Of a stretch of DNA of 64,000 nt, positions 38,273-47,423 are shown piece after piece; positions within the stretch are counted from its first letter, which is position 1, and each line of letters begins with the position of its first letter. The stretch is from Thermoproteota archaeon. GTDB taxonomy: Archaea; Thermoproteota; Nitrososphaeria_A; Caldarchaeales; Calditenuaceae. The position numbers were made by a program, and so were the translations under genes. The notes under the pieces were generated by a model. It saw nothing but the letters and a program-made list of their open reading frames with translations, was not told the DNA's origin and made no database searches. The DNA lies in assembly GCA_030550155.1 (NCBI GenBank), contig JAUQPZ010000003.1, positions 22,916 to 86,915 on the forward strand, read 5' to 3'.

Positions 38273-39321
38273 AGGTGGAGCAGATCCTACTCCAGCTCCT
38301 CAGCAAATACACCCCCACAGGCATGGAGAGTAGGCTGGCAGAAACTATGCGGGACTTGGGGGAGAAGCTCGGCTACACCTCGCTCGAGATAGACTCTGCG
38401 GGCAATTATCTCTTCAGGCGGGGTGAAGGGGCCCGCACCCTACTTCTCGCGGGGCATGTCGACACTGTGCCGGGTGAGCTCGAATATGGAGTCAGGGGGG
38501 TGGAGGTCTTCGGAAGGGGGGCTGTCGACGCGAAGGGGCCGCTAGCCGCGATGCTTTGGGGTGCTGCTATGGCTAGAATCGATACCTCTGAGGCTTCCGT
38601 GGTGGTTGCAGGCTTAGTGGATGAGGAGGGCGAGGGGAGGGGCGCCAAGGCGCTTCTAACAAGAAGTCCAAGGTTCAACGGCGTAATTATTGGTGAGCCG
38701 ACTGGGTGTAACGGCATAGCTATAAGCTACAGGGGGAGTCTAACCCTTAGAGTCCTAGCCTCTGCGAGAGGCGGGCACAGCTCAGCGCCCTACATGGGAG
38801 AGTCCGCGCTGGACAAGCTCCTAAACATGATATCCGACATTAAGCTGAGCTTCCGGGGAAAAAACTACGAGACCCCCACGGCGGCAGTCACGCAGATCAG
38901 GGCCGGGGATTGGCCCACAAAGCTACCTGAGAATGCTGAGGCGACGATAAACATTAGATACCCTCCTGGCGTCGAGACATCCGCGGTATTGGAGAAGGTT
39001 GAGGCCGCGGCCACACTACACGGCTGCAAGATCGAGATAACGGAGCTAACTGAGCCGGTGTCAACTAGAATCTCCATGCCCATCATCCGAGTGCTTATGC
39101 GCTCTATACTTAGGCAGGGTGGGAAACCGCGCATATTGAAGAAGACGGGTGCGAGCGACATGAATATTCTTTACAAGCTCTCAAGCAATATAGCCGCCTA
39201 TGGCCCAGGCAACTCGCTGCTGGCCCACACATCTAAGGAATCTATAAGCATCGCGGACTTGGAGTTCGCCGCGCGCGTCATTCAAGGTGCTGTCGAAGAG
39301 TTTCTCGCCGCCAGTGCCTAG
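38269..39321 (+). CDS. lysK: LysK/ArgE M20-family [LysW]-lysine/ornithine hydrolase
   Basis: 350 aa. M20 peptidase metal ligands (GHVDTV, ...DAKG..., ...GEPTG...). Overlaps lysJ by 4 nt. Confidence 0.8.
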   Translation: MKVEQILLQLLSKYTPTGMESRLAETMRDLGEKLGYTSLEIDSAGNYLFRRGEGARTLLLAGHVDTVPGELEYGVRGVEVFGRGAVDAKGPLAAMLWGAAMARIDTSEASVVVAGLVDEEGEGRGAKALLTRSPRFNGVIIGEPTGCNGIAISYRGSLTLRVLASARGGHSSAPYMGESALDKLLNMISDIKLSFRGKNYETPTAAVTQIRAGDWPTKLPENAEATINIRYPPGVETSAVLEKVEAAATLHGCKIEITELTEPVSTRISMPIIRVLMRSILRQGGKPRILKKTGASDMNILYKLSSNIAAYGPGNSLLAHTSKESISIADLEFAARVIQGAVEEFLAASA

Positions 39322-40757
39322 CCTGTCTGGGTGCTAAATGCCCTCTCGACCACATCCTCTAACAGCCTCCTGTTTTTAGTGATCCAGTCGCGTATCTCAC
39401 TAACTCTCTTTCTGTAAGCCTCCACCATCCTCTTGACCTCGCTGGGCTTTGCTGAGCCTGACGTAGAGTAGGCGGACACAATGGCCTGTGGGCTCAGAAT
39501 GGCCCTGACCTCCTCTATGCTGAGGGCCTCGCTGATGCCGTTCTTCTTCAAAACCTCTCTCAGCGCCGTCTCCGATAAGCCGCCCTCCGCCAGAATCCTC
39601 GCCAGCTCGCCGCAAGCCCTATGCGCCCTTCTAAATCCAACCCCATGCCTGAACACCAGATAGTTCGCCAGCTCCACCATCCCGACCTCTAAGCCACACC
39701 GCCTCAAAGCCTCATCCCTATTCACGTCCAGACTCTCCATAACATCCGCCAAGACGTTGAATGCCTGATCAGCATCCCTCATCAACCTCCAAATCGCGGG
39801 AGTGACCTGCTGCAGATCCAGGACATACCCCCCAATCCTTCTCTGAAGGATCGATGAGATCTTCACGAGCTCTCCCAGAGCCTCTGAGGCCTTAGTCCTC
39901 AAAACCTCTAAGACGACAGGATTCCTCTTCTGCGGCATTATGCTGCTGGTGGAGCAGAACTCGTCCCCAATATCCAAGAGCCCAGCTGTGAAGTCGTGGA
40001 TCAAGTGCTCAACGAGGTCGGAGGCCACCACAAGCCCTCTCAGAGAGGCCGCCGCCAACTCCACCGCGAAGTCACGGCTCGACGAGGCCTCGAGCGCGTT
40101 CTCTAAGACACCGCTAAACCCCAGCTGCTGTGCGAGTAAATTCCTATCCAGTGGGAGCGTTGAGCCACAGCACGCAGCCGAGCCCTGGGGGCAGAGGTCC
40201 AGTCCTTCATATATCCGCTTGAGGTTTTCGGCTGTTGAGAGGAGTCTCGAGGCGTATGACGAGAGTATGAAGCCCAGTGTCGCCGGGGCCGCGGCTTGCT
40301 GATGCGTGGTCGCAGGGTAAATCGTCTCCAAGTTTTGGAGAGACTTTTCCAAGAGCCTGTCCACAAGCGTCATCGCGCTCTCGCAGAGGTGGAGGCACAG
40401 CTCTTTAGCCCTCATTCTGATGGCAGTCGAGACCGTGTCATTCCTGCTCTTGCCTAGGGCGAGATTCTCTCCGGCCTCTGGGACGATTCTTGACAGATAC
40501 TCCTCTACGACCATGTGGACATCCTCAAGCCTCGTGTCGTCAAGCCTCAGCGGATTCTCTAGCGCCTTCCTCAAGGCCTCCAACGCCCTGCTGAGTGTCC
40601 TGTCACTTATGATGCCGAGCCTTGTAAGCATCTTGAGATGGACAGCGTTTATCACCAACACTGCTTGGTAGATCTCATGGTCGAAGCTCAGAGACGAGAT
40701 ATATGCAGCTATCTTCTCTGGCATTTCACGCCTAAGTCTAGCCGAGCGGAATGCCAT
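39318..40757 (-). CDS. argH: argininosuccinate lyase
   Basis: 479 aa. Fumarate-lyase signature GSSIMPQKRNP (TSSIMPQKRNPVVLE). Convergent with lysK. Confidence 0.9.
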   Translation of the reverse strand: MAFRSARLRREMPEKIAAYISSLSFDHEIYQAVLVINAVHLKMLTRLGIISDRTLSRALEALRKALENPLRLDDTRLEDVHMVVEEYLSRIVPEAGENLALGKSRNDTVSTAIRMRAKELCLHLCESAMTLVDRLLEKSLQNLETIYPATTHQQAAAPATLGFILSSYASRLLSTAENLKRIYEGLDLCPQGSAACCGSTLPLDRNLLAQQLGFSGVLENALEASSSRDFAVELAAASLRGLVVASDLVEHLIHDFTAGLLDIGDEFCSTSSIMPQKRNPVVLEVLRTKASEALGELVKISSILQRRIGGYVLDLQQVTPAIWRLMRDADQAFNVLADVMESLDVNRDEALRRCGLEVGMVELANYLVFRHGVGFRRAHRACGELARILAEGGLSETALREVLKKNGISEALSIEEVRAILSPQAIVSAYSTSGSAKPSEVKRMVEAYRKRVSEIRDWITKNRRLLEDVVERAFSTQTG

Positions 40758-40808
40758 GGCTTCGCCCTTGCCTTTCAGTGTGGAGAGCCGAATAAATGTT
40801 AGTATAGT

Positions 40809-41678
40809 TTATCGAGCCAGTCTTACGAGGTTCTCTCGGCCCTCCCTCTCCCTCACCACCCTGCCCTCCGACTCCAAGACCTTCAATATGGTGCTGACCG
40901 TGGACTTAGATAGGCCGCTCTCTCTGACTATCTGGGACTGATAGATGACGCCGCCGTGGCTCTTGATTATTCGTAAGACCGTGTCAAGCTCACTCTCCCA
41001 CAGCGGCCGCCTCCTTCTACGCCTGAGAATAACCAGCGTAACGGATAACGCTAAAGCTGATGCCGCCAAGGCGTATAGAGGGGACATATCCATCATTATT
41101 GTCTGCGGGGTTTGAGAAGCTGTAGAGGCCGGATTCACGACTAGGCGGGGCTCACCATCTGAAAATACAATCCTTCCCCGCCACTCGACGTAGTCCACGC
41201 TTAACGTGTCTGGAGCAGGCCTCGCCTCTGAGACTCTGAACCCCTCGGGCGCAGTAATCCTCAAGGTCTCACCATCAGCTAGGTAGAATCCGCCTATGAA
41301 GACATCCCCAAGCTCCAGCGCCCCAGACTCCAAGGGTTTGCTGAATCCCCGCCAGACGAATGTGATTTTTATGAGGCCTATCTCTCCGCTCATTGTCTTT
41401 GCGGTCTTCAACTCGATTCTGAAGTCTTCAATCCACATAGAGCGGCCGAGGGTGAATGAGGCCTCGGAGACAATTGACTCCACCGCCTCCCTATACTCCA
41501 GAGTCAGGTTGTCGGAGCGGGCCGAGAGCCTTCCAAATGCTTCAGCCTCCTCGGGCTTTAAGAGCGGAAACCTATGCTCAACAGTCCAGATAGCCGAGCC
41601 ATCTGGGAGCAACGATACATGATATGCAATAATAGGAGAAAGTGTGGAAGCTATAACGAGCGCGACGAGCCATAGCAT
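40809..41678 (-). CDS. membrane-anchored winged-helix transcriptional regulator with extracytoplasmic domain
   Basis: 289 aa. N-terminal signal/TM, ~200 aa extracytoplasmic domain, TM helix then RRRRRRP stop-transfer, and a C-terminal wHTH (LRIIKSHGGVIYQSQIVRESGLSKSTVSTILKVLESEGRVVRE). Confidence 0.55.
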   Translation of the reverse strand: MLWLVALVIASTLSPIIAYHVSLLPDGSAIWTVEHRFPLLKPEEAEAFGRLSARSDNLTLEYREAVESIVSEASFTLGRSMWIEDFRIELKTAKTMSGEIGLIKITFVWRGFSKPLESGALELGDVFIGGFYLADGETLRITAPEGFRVSEARPAPDTLSVDYVEWRGRIVFSDGEPRLVVNPASTASQTPQTIMMDMSPLYALAASALALSVTLVILRRRRRRPLWESELDTVLRIIKSHGGVIYQSQIVRESGLSKSTVSTILKVLESEGRVVREREGRENLVRLAR

Positions 41679-41764
41679 GCCTCAACCCCCAGCCAGCGCC
41701 TACGACTTAGACACTAATGCCGCGTAAATAATAATATTCACGTCGGGCTTCAAAGCCGTCTCAG

Positions 41765-42685
41765 CTACTGTCCTCTGCCCTCATCATCTTCTGATTGTCG
41801 CCCCCTGCCTTCCCCGCGCGATGGATTGATGGATGGCCTATTCTCTTCGCGGCCATCGTTTCCGTGCCCTCTATTTTCATGTCCACCAGCACGCCCTCTC
41901 TCGAATTCTTCCACGCTGGTCGCTGTAGTCATAGTGGCTGAGGAGACGTGGTCTCTGTCCCTCCTCCTTTCCCGTATTTGCGTCTCGCTAGTTGCTGTGG
42001 TTGAGCTCGTTTCCTCGACGGTGGACTCGCTTCTTAGCTCCTCCCTTATCCTTCTAGCCTCCTCAGAGACCTGTTTACCGAGCTCTCTATTAATCTCTCT
42101 CAACCGCTCTACCTTCTCCTTCACAGCCTCAAGCAGTGATTCATGTATGAATTCCTTAAGCCTCTCATAAGAGCGATGCAATGCCTTCAGCTCAGCTCTA
42201 AATATACTTAGCTCCGCGAGGTATTTCTCAGCCGTAATGTTGCCTGCAAGATATAATTCCCTCAGCTCTCTGATGCTCTCCCTTATCTCTCGTGTCCTGT
42301 TAATCCGCTCCTCCAGAAACTCTTCAACAAGCTCGGTCCTATTCTCGATAAGTCCACCCAGCTCAAGCCTGAAATCTAGGATTGTAGCCGCGATGGCCTC
42401 TTTGTGCTCTCTTATGATCTGGTGGAGTGTCTCAGTTATTCGCAGTCCGAGCGGGATGCCCTCTTCATCTTCACTGTGCATCTCTCCAATAGTCGTTGTA
42501 ATCTCTCGGGCTGAGACAACATGCATGAAGAGCGATGACAATAGTAGGAGCAGCAGCACGGCTGATGCGTGGGTCTTGAGCCTATGCATCAATTGACGGT
42601 GTCCTCGTTGCCGGTGATAAGCTTTGAGAGGTCTGTAGGTTTGGAAATTGGTTCCACATGGTTCTTGAATGTTAAAACGTTTCAA
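41765..42685 (-). CDS. secreted/membrane-anchored coiled-coil protein with Gly/Arg/Glu-rich C-terminal tail
   Basis: 306 aa. Signal peptide (AVLLLLLLSSLFMHVVSA), long heptad-rich helical region, and a disordered low-complexity tail (GRAGGHENRGHGNDGREENR...). Same strand as, and directly upstream of, the regulator gene. Confidence 0.5.
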   Translation of the reverse strand: MKRFNIQEPCGTNFQTYRPLKAYHRQRGHRQLMHRLKTHASAVLLLLLLSSLFMHVVSAREITTTIGEMHSEDEEGIPLGLRITETLHQIIREHKEAIAATILDFRLELGGLIENRTELVEEFLEERINRTREIRESIRELRELYLAGNITAEKYLAELSIFRAELKALHRSYERLKEFIHESLLEAVKEKVERLREINRELGKQVSEEARRIREELRSESTVEETSSTTATSETQIRERRRDRDHVSSATMTTATSVEEFERGRAGGHENRGHGNDGREENRPSINPSRGEGRGRQSEDDEGRGQ

Positions 42686-42730
42686 CAGCTCAGTCCTGAG
42701 CCAATGAGTGGTGACCGCGTGGGCGGGGGG

Positions 42731-43450
42731 CTATTTTATCTCTCTGACACGTCCATCCTCTAGGCCAATCAGAACCCTGTATCCCTTGTTGGGAAAGATC
42801 CCCACCTCCACTACGCCCGGAATCATCTTGAGTTCACGCTCCATCTCCTCGGGCTCCTCCACCTCACCCACTTCTACTAGCATCAACAGGTTCCCGTTGT
42901 CCGTGATCACGGGCCCAGCCTTTCCCTCCGAGACCTTAGGGCACGCTTTCCAACCCCTGCTCCTCAGAATTGAGGATGCTGCGGGTGCAGCGAATGGGAT
43001 GACTTCAAGAGGCACGGGGGCTTTGAGCCTGTCTGAAAGCTTTTCTTCTGTACCTATGAGGAGCACGTTTTTGGCCAGACTCATTAGGAGCTTCTCTCGC
43101 GCGAGCGCTCCACCCATGCCCTTGATTAGGTCTCCACGGATGTCGCACTGGTCGAAGCTATCCACGTATATATCGATGTCTAGGTAATTGTATAGGCTTC
43201 CAGCCCTGAAGCCTAAGCTAGTTGCGCGGGACTCTGCCTGGATTGAGGTGGGGATAACGGCCTCAATAGCCTGAGTGCCAACCGTCGTTGCGAGCCTCTC
43301 GATAAACGCTGCCGAGGTCTGGCTTGTCCCAAGGCCCAGAATTACTCCGCGGCCAAAGCTAGTTACCCTCTGTACAGCAGCCTGGACAACGGACTCCAGA
43401 GCAGCTCTACCCGGCAACCTGCATTCACCAACCGTAACTCGCACAGTCAC
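42731..43450 (-). CDS. rpiA: ribose-5-phosphate isomerase A
   Basis: 239 aa. RpiA motifs ILGLGTSQTS (GxGTGST-like), DIYVDSFDQCD (DGADE-like) and KGMGGALAREK (KGGGGAxxREK). Confidence 0.8.
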   Translation of the reverse strand: MTVRVTVGECRLPGRAALESVVQAAVQRVTSFGRGVILGLGTSQTSAAFIERLATTVGTQAIEAVIPTSIQAESRATSLGFRAGSLYNYLDIDIYVDSFDQCDIRGDLIKGMGGALAREKLLMSLAKNVLLIGTEEKLSDRLKAPVPLEVIPFAAPAASSILRSRGWKACPKVSEGKAGPVITDNGNLLMLVEVGEVEEPEEMERELKMIPGVVEVGIFPNKGYRVLIGLEDGRVREIK

Positions 43451-43821
43451 CGTCCCATAAGTCTATACTCTTTGAGAATGGGCTCCCCCGGGCTACGACG
43501 TGAATATCTTGGCTGGGAAGGGTGGAAACTGTTTATTAGTAGTGAGCTGGCCGTCCTTGCTAGGGGAGGTGCTTGAGAGGCTGAAGCTGTTACAGAGGAT
43601 AGCCGGCCTACTCCTCAGGCGTCGCGGGGCTGAGGTGATTAGGCCGACGGGGGAGGATAGGGAGCTCGCGGAGCGGCTCCTCAACGGGTCCCGTGGGGGG
43701 GACCAGGTCTCTAGGCTGGAGGCGAGGCTGGAGGATATTAGGCGGCGGATTCAGGAGCTTGAAGGCGGCGGCTCCGGGTAGCTGGGTTGGTATTTAAGGC
43801 GGTTAACTTATATAGAGATGG

Positions 43822-45111
43822 ATGGATAATCCATCTATGCCTGTTGGAAGAAACACCCCCCTAATCGCCGCCACCCTGATCGCAGGTATACTCATTGGAG
43901 TCGCCGCCGCCTACCTCACCCCCATAGCGCCCCTACAAGCCAAGACGGTTACCCTCAACTCCACGACAGTGGTTACGAGGACCGTTGCCATCACTGAGAT
44001 GGCTCAAGCCACCACCAAGACCGAGATAGTTACAGTCACCTTACGAGAGCTCACAACAAAGACATTCTCGCCTCTTCCTCAAGTGCCGCTGAGGCTTGAG
44101 GTGAAGTATTCGCGCCAGTTCGAGGTCCTTCTCATCAACGGCTACAAGGTTGTCAAAGATGCCCTCAACAGGACGTTGATACTTGTCCCGCGCGGCTTCC
44201 AGCCTCCAAAAGACCTTGAGGGCACTGTAGTCTACACTCCCGTGGAGAGGGTTGCTCTAATGTCTGCTACGCAGGTCGCGCTGATTGAGAGGCTCAAGGA
44301 GAAGGAGCCTCAGATACTTGAGAGAGTTGCGGGGATAATGTGGGGTGAGCAGTACGAGTGGTATTTCAGCGACTTGGAAGAGAGACTCATGAGCGGCAAG
44401 ATCAAGGACCTGGGACCAGACTACTCGCCGAGCATCGAGGAGCTAGTCGCCCTGAAGCCAGACCTAGTTATAATTTACACATTCCCGGGGTCCGACTTTC
44501 CCCAGAGGCTCGAGGAGCTGGGGATACCTTTCGTGGTGGATAACGAGTATCTGGAGACCAGCCCTCTAGCTAGGTTTGAATGGATCAAGCTCATTGCTAC
44601 GTTCTTTGACCTCGATGAGGAGGCCTTCAGCATTTTCCGCGATGTCGAGAATAGGGTCTCAGAGGTTGTGGGGGATGTTGAGACGTCAGGGGCTACGTCT
44701 CCACTGGTCTGTTGGTTCATGGTCTATAGGGGTGTGGTTTACGCGGCGGGTGGAAAGTCTTTCCCTGCCAACGCCCTCAACATGCTGAGGGCGCGATACG
44801 CTTTCACTGATGCGGGGAGCACGGGCAGCGTGACCGTGAATATTGAGGAGGTGTTGAATAGGTGTAAGGATGCGGATGTGGTGGTTTATCCGACCAGCTT
44901 TGTCTCAGGAGTGTCTGACATTCTGTCTGAGGCGCCCGAGCTTGGCGAGCTGAAGGCCTTCAAGGAGAGGAGGGTCTATGCTTACGCGCCTTCGGTCTTT
45001 CAGCTCGGCTACTACGATACTGAGGGCTGGGTCAAAGACTTGGCCAGCATCTTATATCCCAACCTCTATCCGGGCTATGAGCCAAAATACTTCGTGAGGC
45101 TTGGAGGGTGA
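43822..45111 (+). CDS. ABC transporter substrate-binding protein, BtuF/FecB (iron-siderophore/cobalamin) family, membrane-anchored with Thr/Val-rich linker
   Basis: 429 aa. N-terminal TM, T/V-rich stalk, then a class-III periplasmic binding fold (LKPDLVIIYTFPG...). Confidence 0.8.
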   Translation: MDNPSMPVGRNTPLIAATLIAGILIGVAAAYLTPIAPLQAKTVTLNSTTVVTRTVAITEMAQATTKTEIVTVTLRELTTKTFSPLPQVPLRLEVKYSRQFEVLLINGYKVVKDALNRTLILVPRGFQPPKDLEGTVVYTPVERVALMSATQVALIERLKEKEPQILERVAGIMWGEQYEWYFSDLEERLMSGKIKDLGPDYSPSIEELVALKPDLVIIYTFPGSDFPQRLEELGIPFVVDNEYLETSPLARFEWIKLIATFFDLDEEAFSIFRDVENRVSEVVGDVETSGATSPLVCWFMVYRGVVYAAGGKSFPANALNMLRARYAFTDAGSTGSVTVNIEEVLNRCKDADVVVYPTSFVSGVSDILSEAPELGELKAFKERRVYAYAPSVFQLGYYDTEGWVKDLASILYPNLYPGYEPKYFVRLGG

Positions 45112-46172
45112 AGGGGCGGGATTTGGAGACTGGTGCGAGGCTTAAACAATCATCCTCCGTTGTCGGCTCGACTAGGAGCCGGCTTCTAATCCTCTATAGC
45201 CTCCCTATTCCAACACTCTTACTTGCCTCACTCCTAATAGGCGGATATAGTATCAATCTTCAAGACGCTGTTTCAGCGATAGTGGGTGGCGGTAGACCTG
45301 AGGCAGCTCTGATTGTCCACTCCATCAGGCTGCCGCGCGCCCTGGCAGCGTTGTTTGGGGGAGCCTGTCTCGGCGTCTCGGGAGCTATTCTTCAAGCACT
45401 TTTCAGGAATCCACTAGCAGATTCATACATACTGGGGGTCTCCGCAGGTTCGAGCCTCTTTCTAGCCCTCTCCATGCTGCTGGGGGTTACTCTCGGAGCC
45501 TGGTCTCCCACTAATCCATACGCTCTATACCTAGCATCATTCTCAGGGGCGCTTCTCGTCACAGCCCTCATGACGTCGCTCTCAGGCGTCGTCAGGTCCA
45601 CCACGACAATATTGATAGCGGGGCTCATGATCTCATACATAGCCTACTCTCTGACAAGCATATTGCAGACGCTGGTGGAGATCGAGAAGCTCAGAGCATT
45701 CACCTACTGGATTATGGGTAGCTTCGCCGGTGCCAGGTGGAGCATCTTGACTCCGGGCCTCCCAGCCATCGCCATCTCCCTCTCATCAACCCTCCTATTA
45801 GCGAAGCCCCTGAACGCTCTCCTGCTAGGCGAGGACTATGCGCGGAGCATGGGAATGAATCTGAAGAGGACAAGAATGATGATCGTCGCAGCAGCCTCTC
45901 TCCCTGTCGCGATAGTAACGGCGCTCGCGGGCGCGGTCGGATTCATAGGGCTCTGCGCACCATACCTAGCACGTCAGCTAAGCCGGACCTCAAACCACTT
46001 CACAATCATCCCAGCCTCAGCCCTACTAGGCTCAACGCTCACACTTGCAGCCGATCTGCTCTCCCGCCTCGCGCTGCGCCCAATAGAGATTCCTATTACA
46101 GGGGTCACAGCACTCTTCGGCGCTCCACTCGTCATCTACCTCCTACTCAGGGGTAGGGGTGTTCAGCTGTGA
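45108..46172 (+). CDS. FecCD/BtuC-family ABC permease
   Basis: 354 aa, ~9-10 TM helices, FecCD signature regions. Overlaps the SBP gene by 4 nt. Confidence 0.85.
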   Translation: MKGRDLETGARLKQSSSVVGSTRSRLLILYSLPIPTLLLASLLIGGYSINLQDAVSAIVGGGRPEAALIVHSIRLPRALAALFGGACLGVSGAILQALFRNPLADSYILGVSAGSSLFLALSMLLGVTLGAWSPTNPYALYLASFSGALLVTALMTSLSGVVRSTTTILIAGLMISYIAYSLTSILQTLVEIEKLRAFTYWIMGSFAGARWSILTPGLPAIAISLSSTLLLAKPLNALLLGEDYARSMGMNLKRTRMMIVAAASLPVAIVTALAGAVGFIGLCAPYLARQLSRTSNHFTIIPASALLGSTLTLAADLLSRLALRPIEIPITGVTALFGAPLVIYLLLRGRGVQL

Positions 46173-47401
46173 TTCACACAGTCAGGCTCTCGTTGGGCTA
46201 TGGCGACAAGGTCATCGTAAGAGACGTGAATATCTCAGTGAGGCCCGGCGAATTCGTCTCGGTCATCGGACCGAACGCCGCGGGTAAGACAACGCTCCTG
46301 AAGACTCTTGCCTCGCTCCTGAAGCCCATCGCCGGCGTGGTATACATTGACGGATTAGCGGTGGCTAATTTGCGGCCAAGGGAGCTAGCCAGCTTGATAG
46401 GGGTCGTCTTGACCGACCAAGTCAAGCTAACCATGCTGACTGTTGCAGAGGTCGTTGCTCTCGGCAGATATCCATACACTGGGCTTCTGGGATCGCTCTC
46501 ACAGGAGGATAGGCGAGAGGTGTTGAGGGCGCTTAGCGATGTGGGTCTCGAAGAATTGGCCGACCGCAGGTTCTGTGAGCTCAGCGATGGTCAAAGGCAG
46601 AAAGTCATGATAGCCAGGGCCTTGGCGCAGGAGCCCAGAGCCCTCATACTTGACGAGCCTGTTACCCATCTCGACCCGAAGGCTAGAGTGGAGGTCCTCA
46701 TGATGATTAAGCGTGTCTGCAGAGAGAGAAGAATAGTGGTGGTCGCGTCTCTCCACGAGGTAGACCTGGCCCTCAGGATGGCTGACAGGCTAATAATAGT
46801 CTCTGATGGAGGTGTTATCGCTTATGACTCGCCAGAGGAGTTTATCATGGATGGGGGCCCCACAGCCCTTTTTGGCCTAGGCGAGTGCATACTTTTCTCA
46901 CCGGAGCTCGCTACCGTGGAGTTTAGGTGGCCTCAAGACAGGGACGAGAGGATATTTGTTGTGGCCGGTGGAGGAAGTGGCTCCCTCGTCTACAGAATGC
47001 TCAACAGGCTGGGATACAGCTTCTCGACAGGCGTGCTCCACAAGGGAGACGTGGACTACATAGTAGCCAAGTCACTAGGCGGAGTCGTTATCGAGGAGGA
47101 GGCCTTCCAGCCGATAAGCCCGAGAAAAATGGTCCAAGCCCTAGAAGAGGCTAGGAGCTGCGCCGCCGTAATCTACACCTCGCCTCCAATCGGGCCCCTT
47201 AACTCTGAGAACCGCAAGCTAGCCGAGGCAGCCGCGGTTGAGGGGAGGCCGCTTATAGTCTTGGGCCCGCGAGGAATAAGAGGGGCCTGGAGGGTCGTAG
47301 ATAGCTTCCCGGAGCTTGAGCAATCTCTTCAGCTGTTGAGAGAAAAAGCGGTGGCCCCCACTATTCCCCGTGGCGGCTCGGGGCGCAGTATAAATCCGTG
47401 A
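46169..47401 (+). CDS. FecE/BtuD-family ABC ATPase with ~150 aa C-terminal extension
   Basis: 410 aa. Walker A GPNAAGKTT, signature LSDGQRQKVMIARAL, Walker B LILDEP. Residues ~255-410 form an extra Gly-rich (VVAGGGSGS) domain not found in canonical BtuD. Confidence 0.85.
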   Translation: MIHTVRLSLGYGDKVIVRDVNISVRPGEFVSVIGPNAAGKTTLLKTLASLLKPIAGVVYIDGLAVANLRPRELASLIGVVLTDQVKLTMLTVAEVVALGRYPYTGLLGSLSQEDRREVLRALSDVGLEELADRRFCELSDGQRQKVMIARALAQEPRALILDEPVTHLDPKARVEVLMMIKRVCRERRIVVVASLHEVDLALRMADRLIIVSDGGVIAYDSPEEFIMDGGPTALFGLGECILFSPELATVEFRWPQDRDERIFVVAGGGSGSLVYRMLNRLGYSFSTGVLHKGDVDYIVAKSLGGVVIEEEAFQPISPRKMVQALEEARSCAAVIYTSPPIGPLNSENRKLAEAAAVEGRPLIVLGPRGIRGAWRVVDSFPELEQSLQLLREKAVAPTIPRGGSGRSINP

Positions 47402-47423
47402 AGCCGCTAATAGCGTCAGAGGG

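Noticed and set aside
43500-43781. 93-aa ORF in the rpiA / SBP divergent intergenic region
   Set aside because: Arg/Gly/Leu-rich low-complexity translation in a GC-rich promoter region with no motif. It may be real but is more likely a GC-driven open frame.
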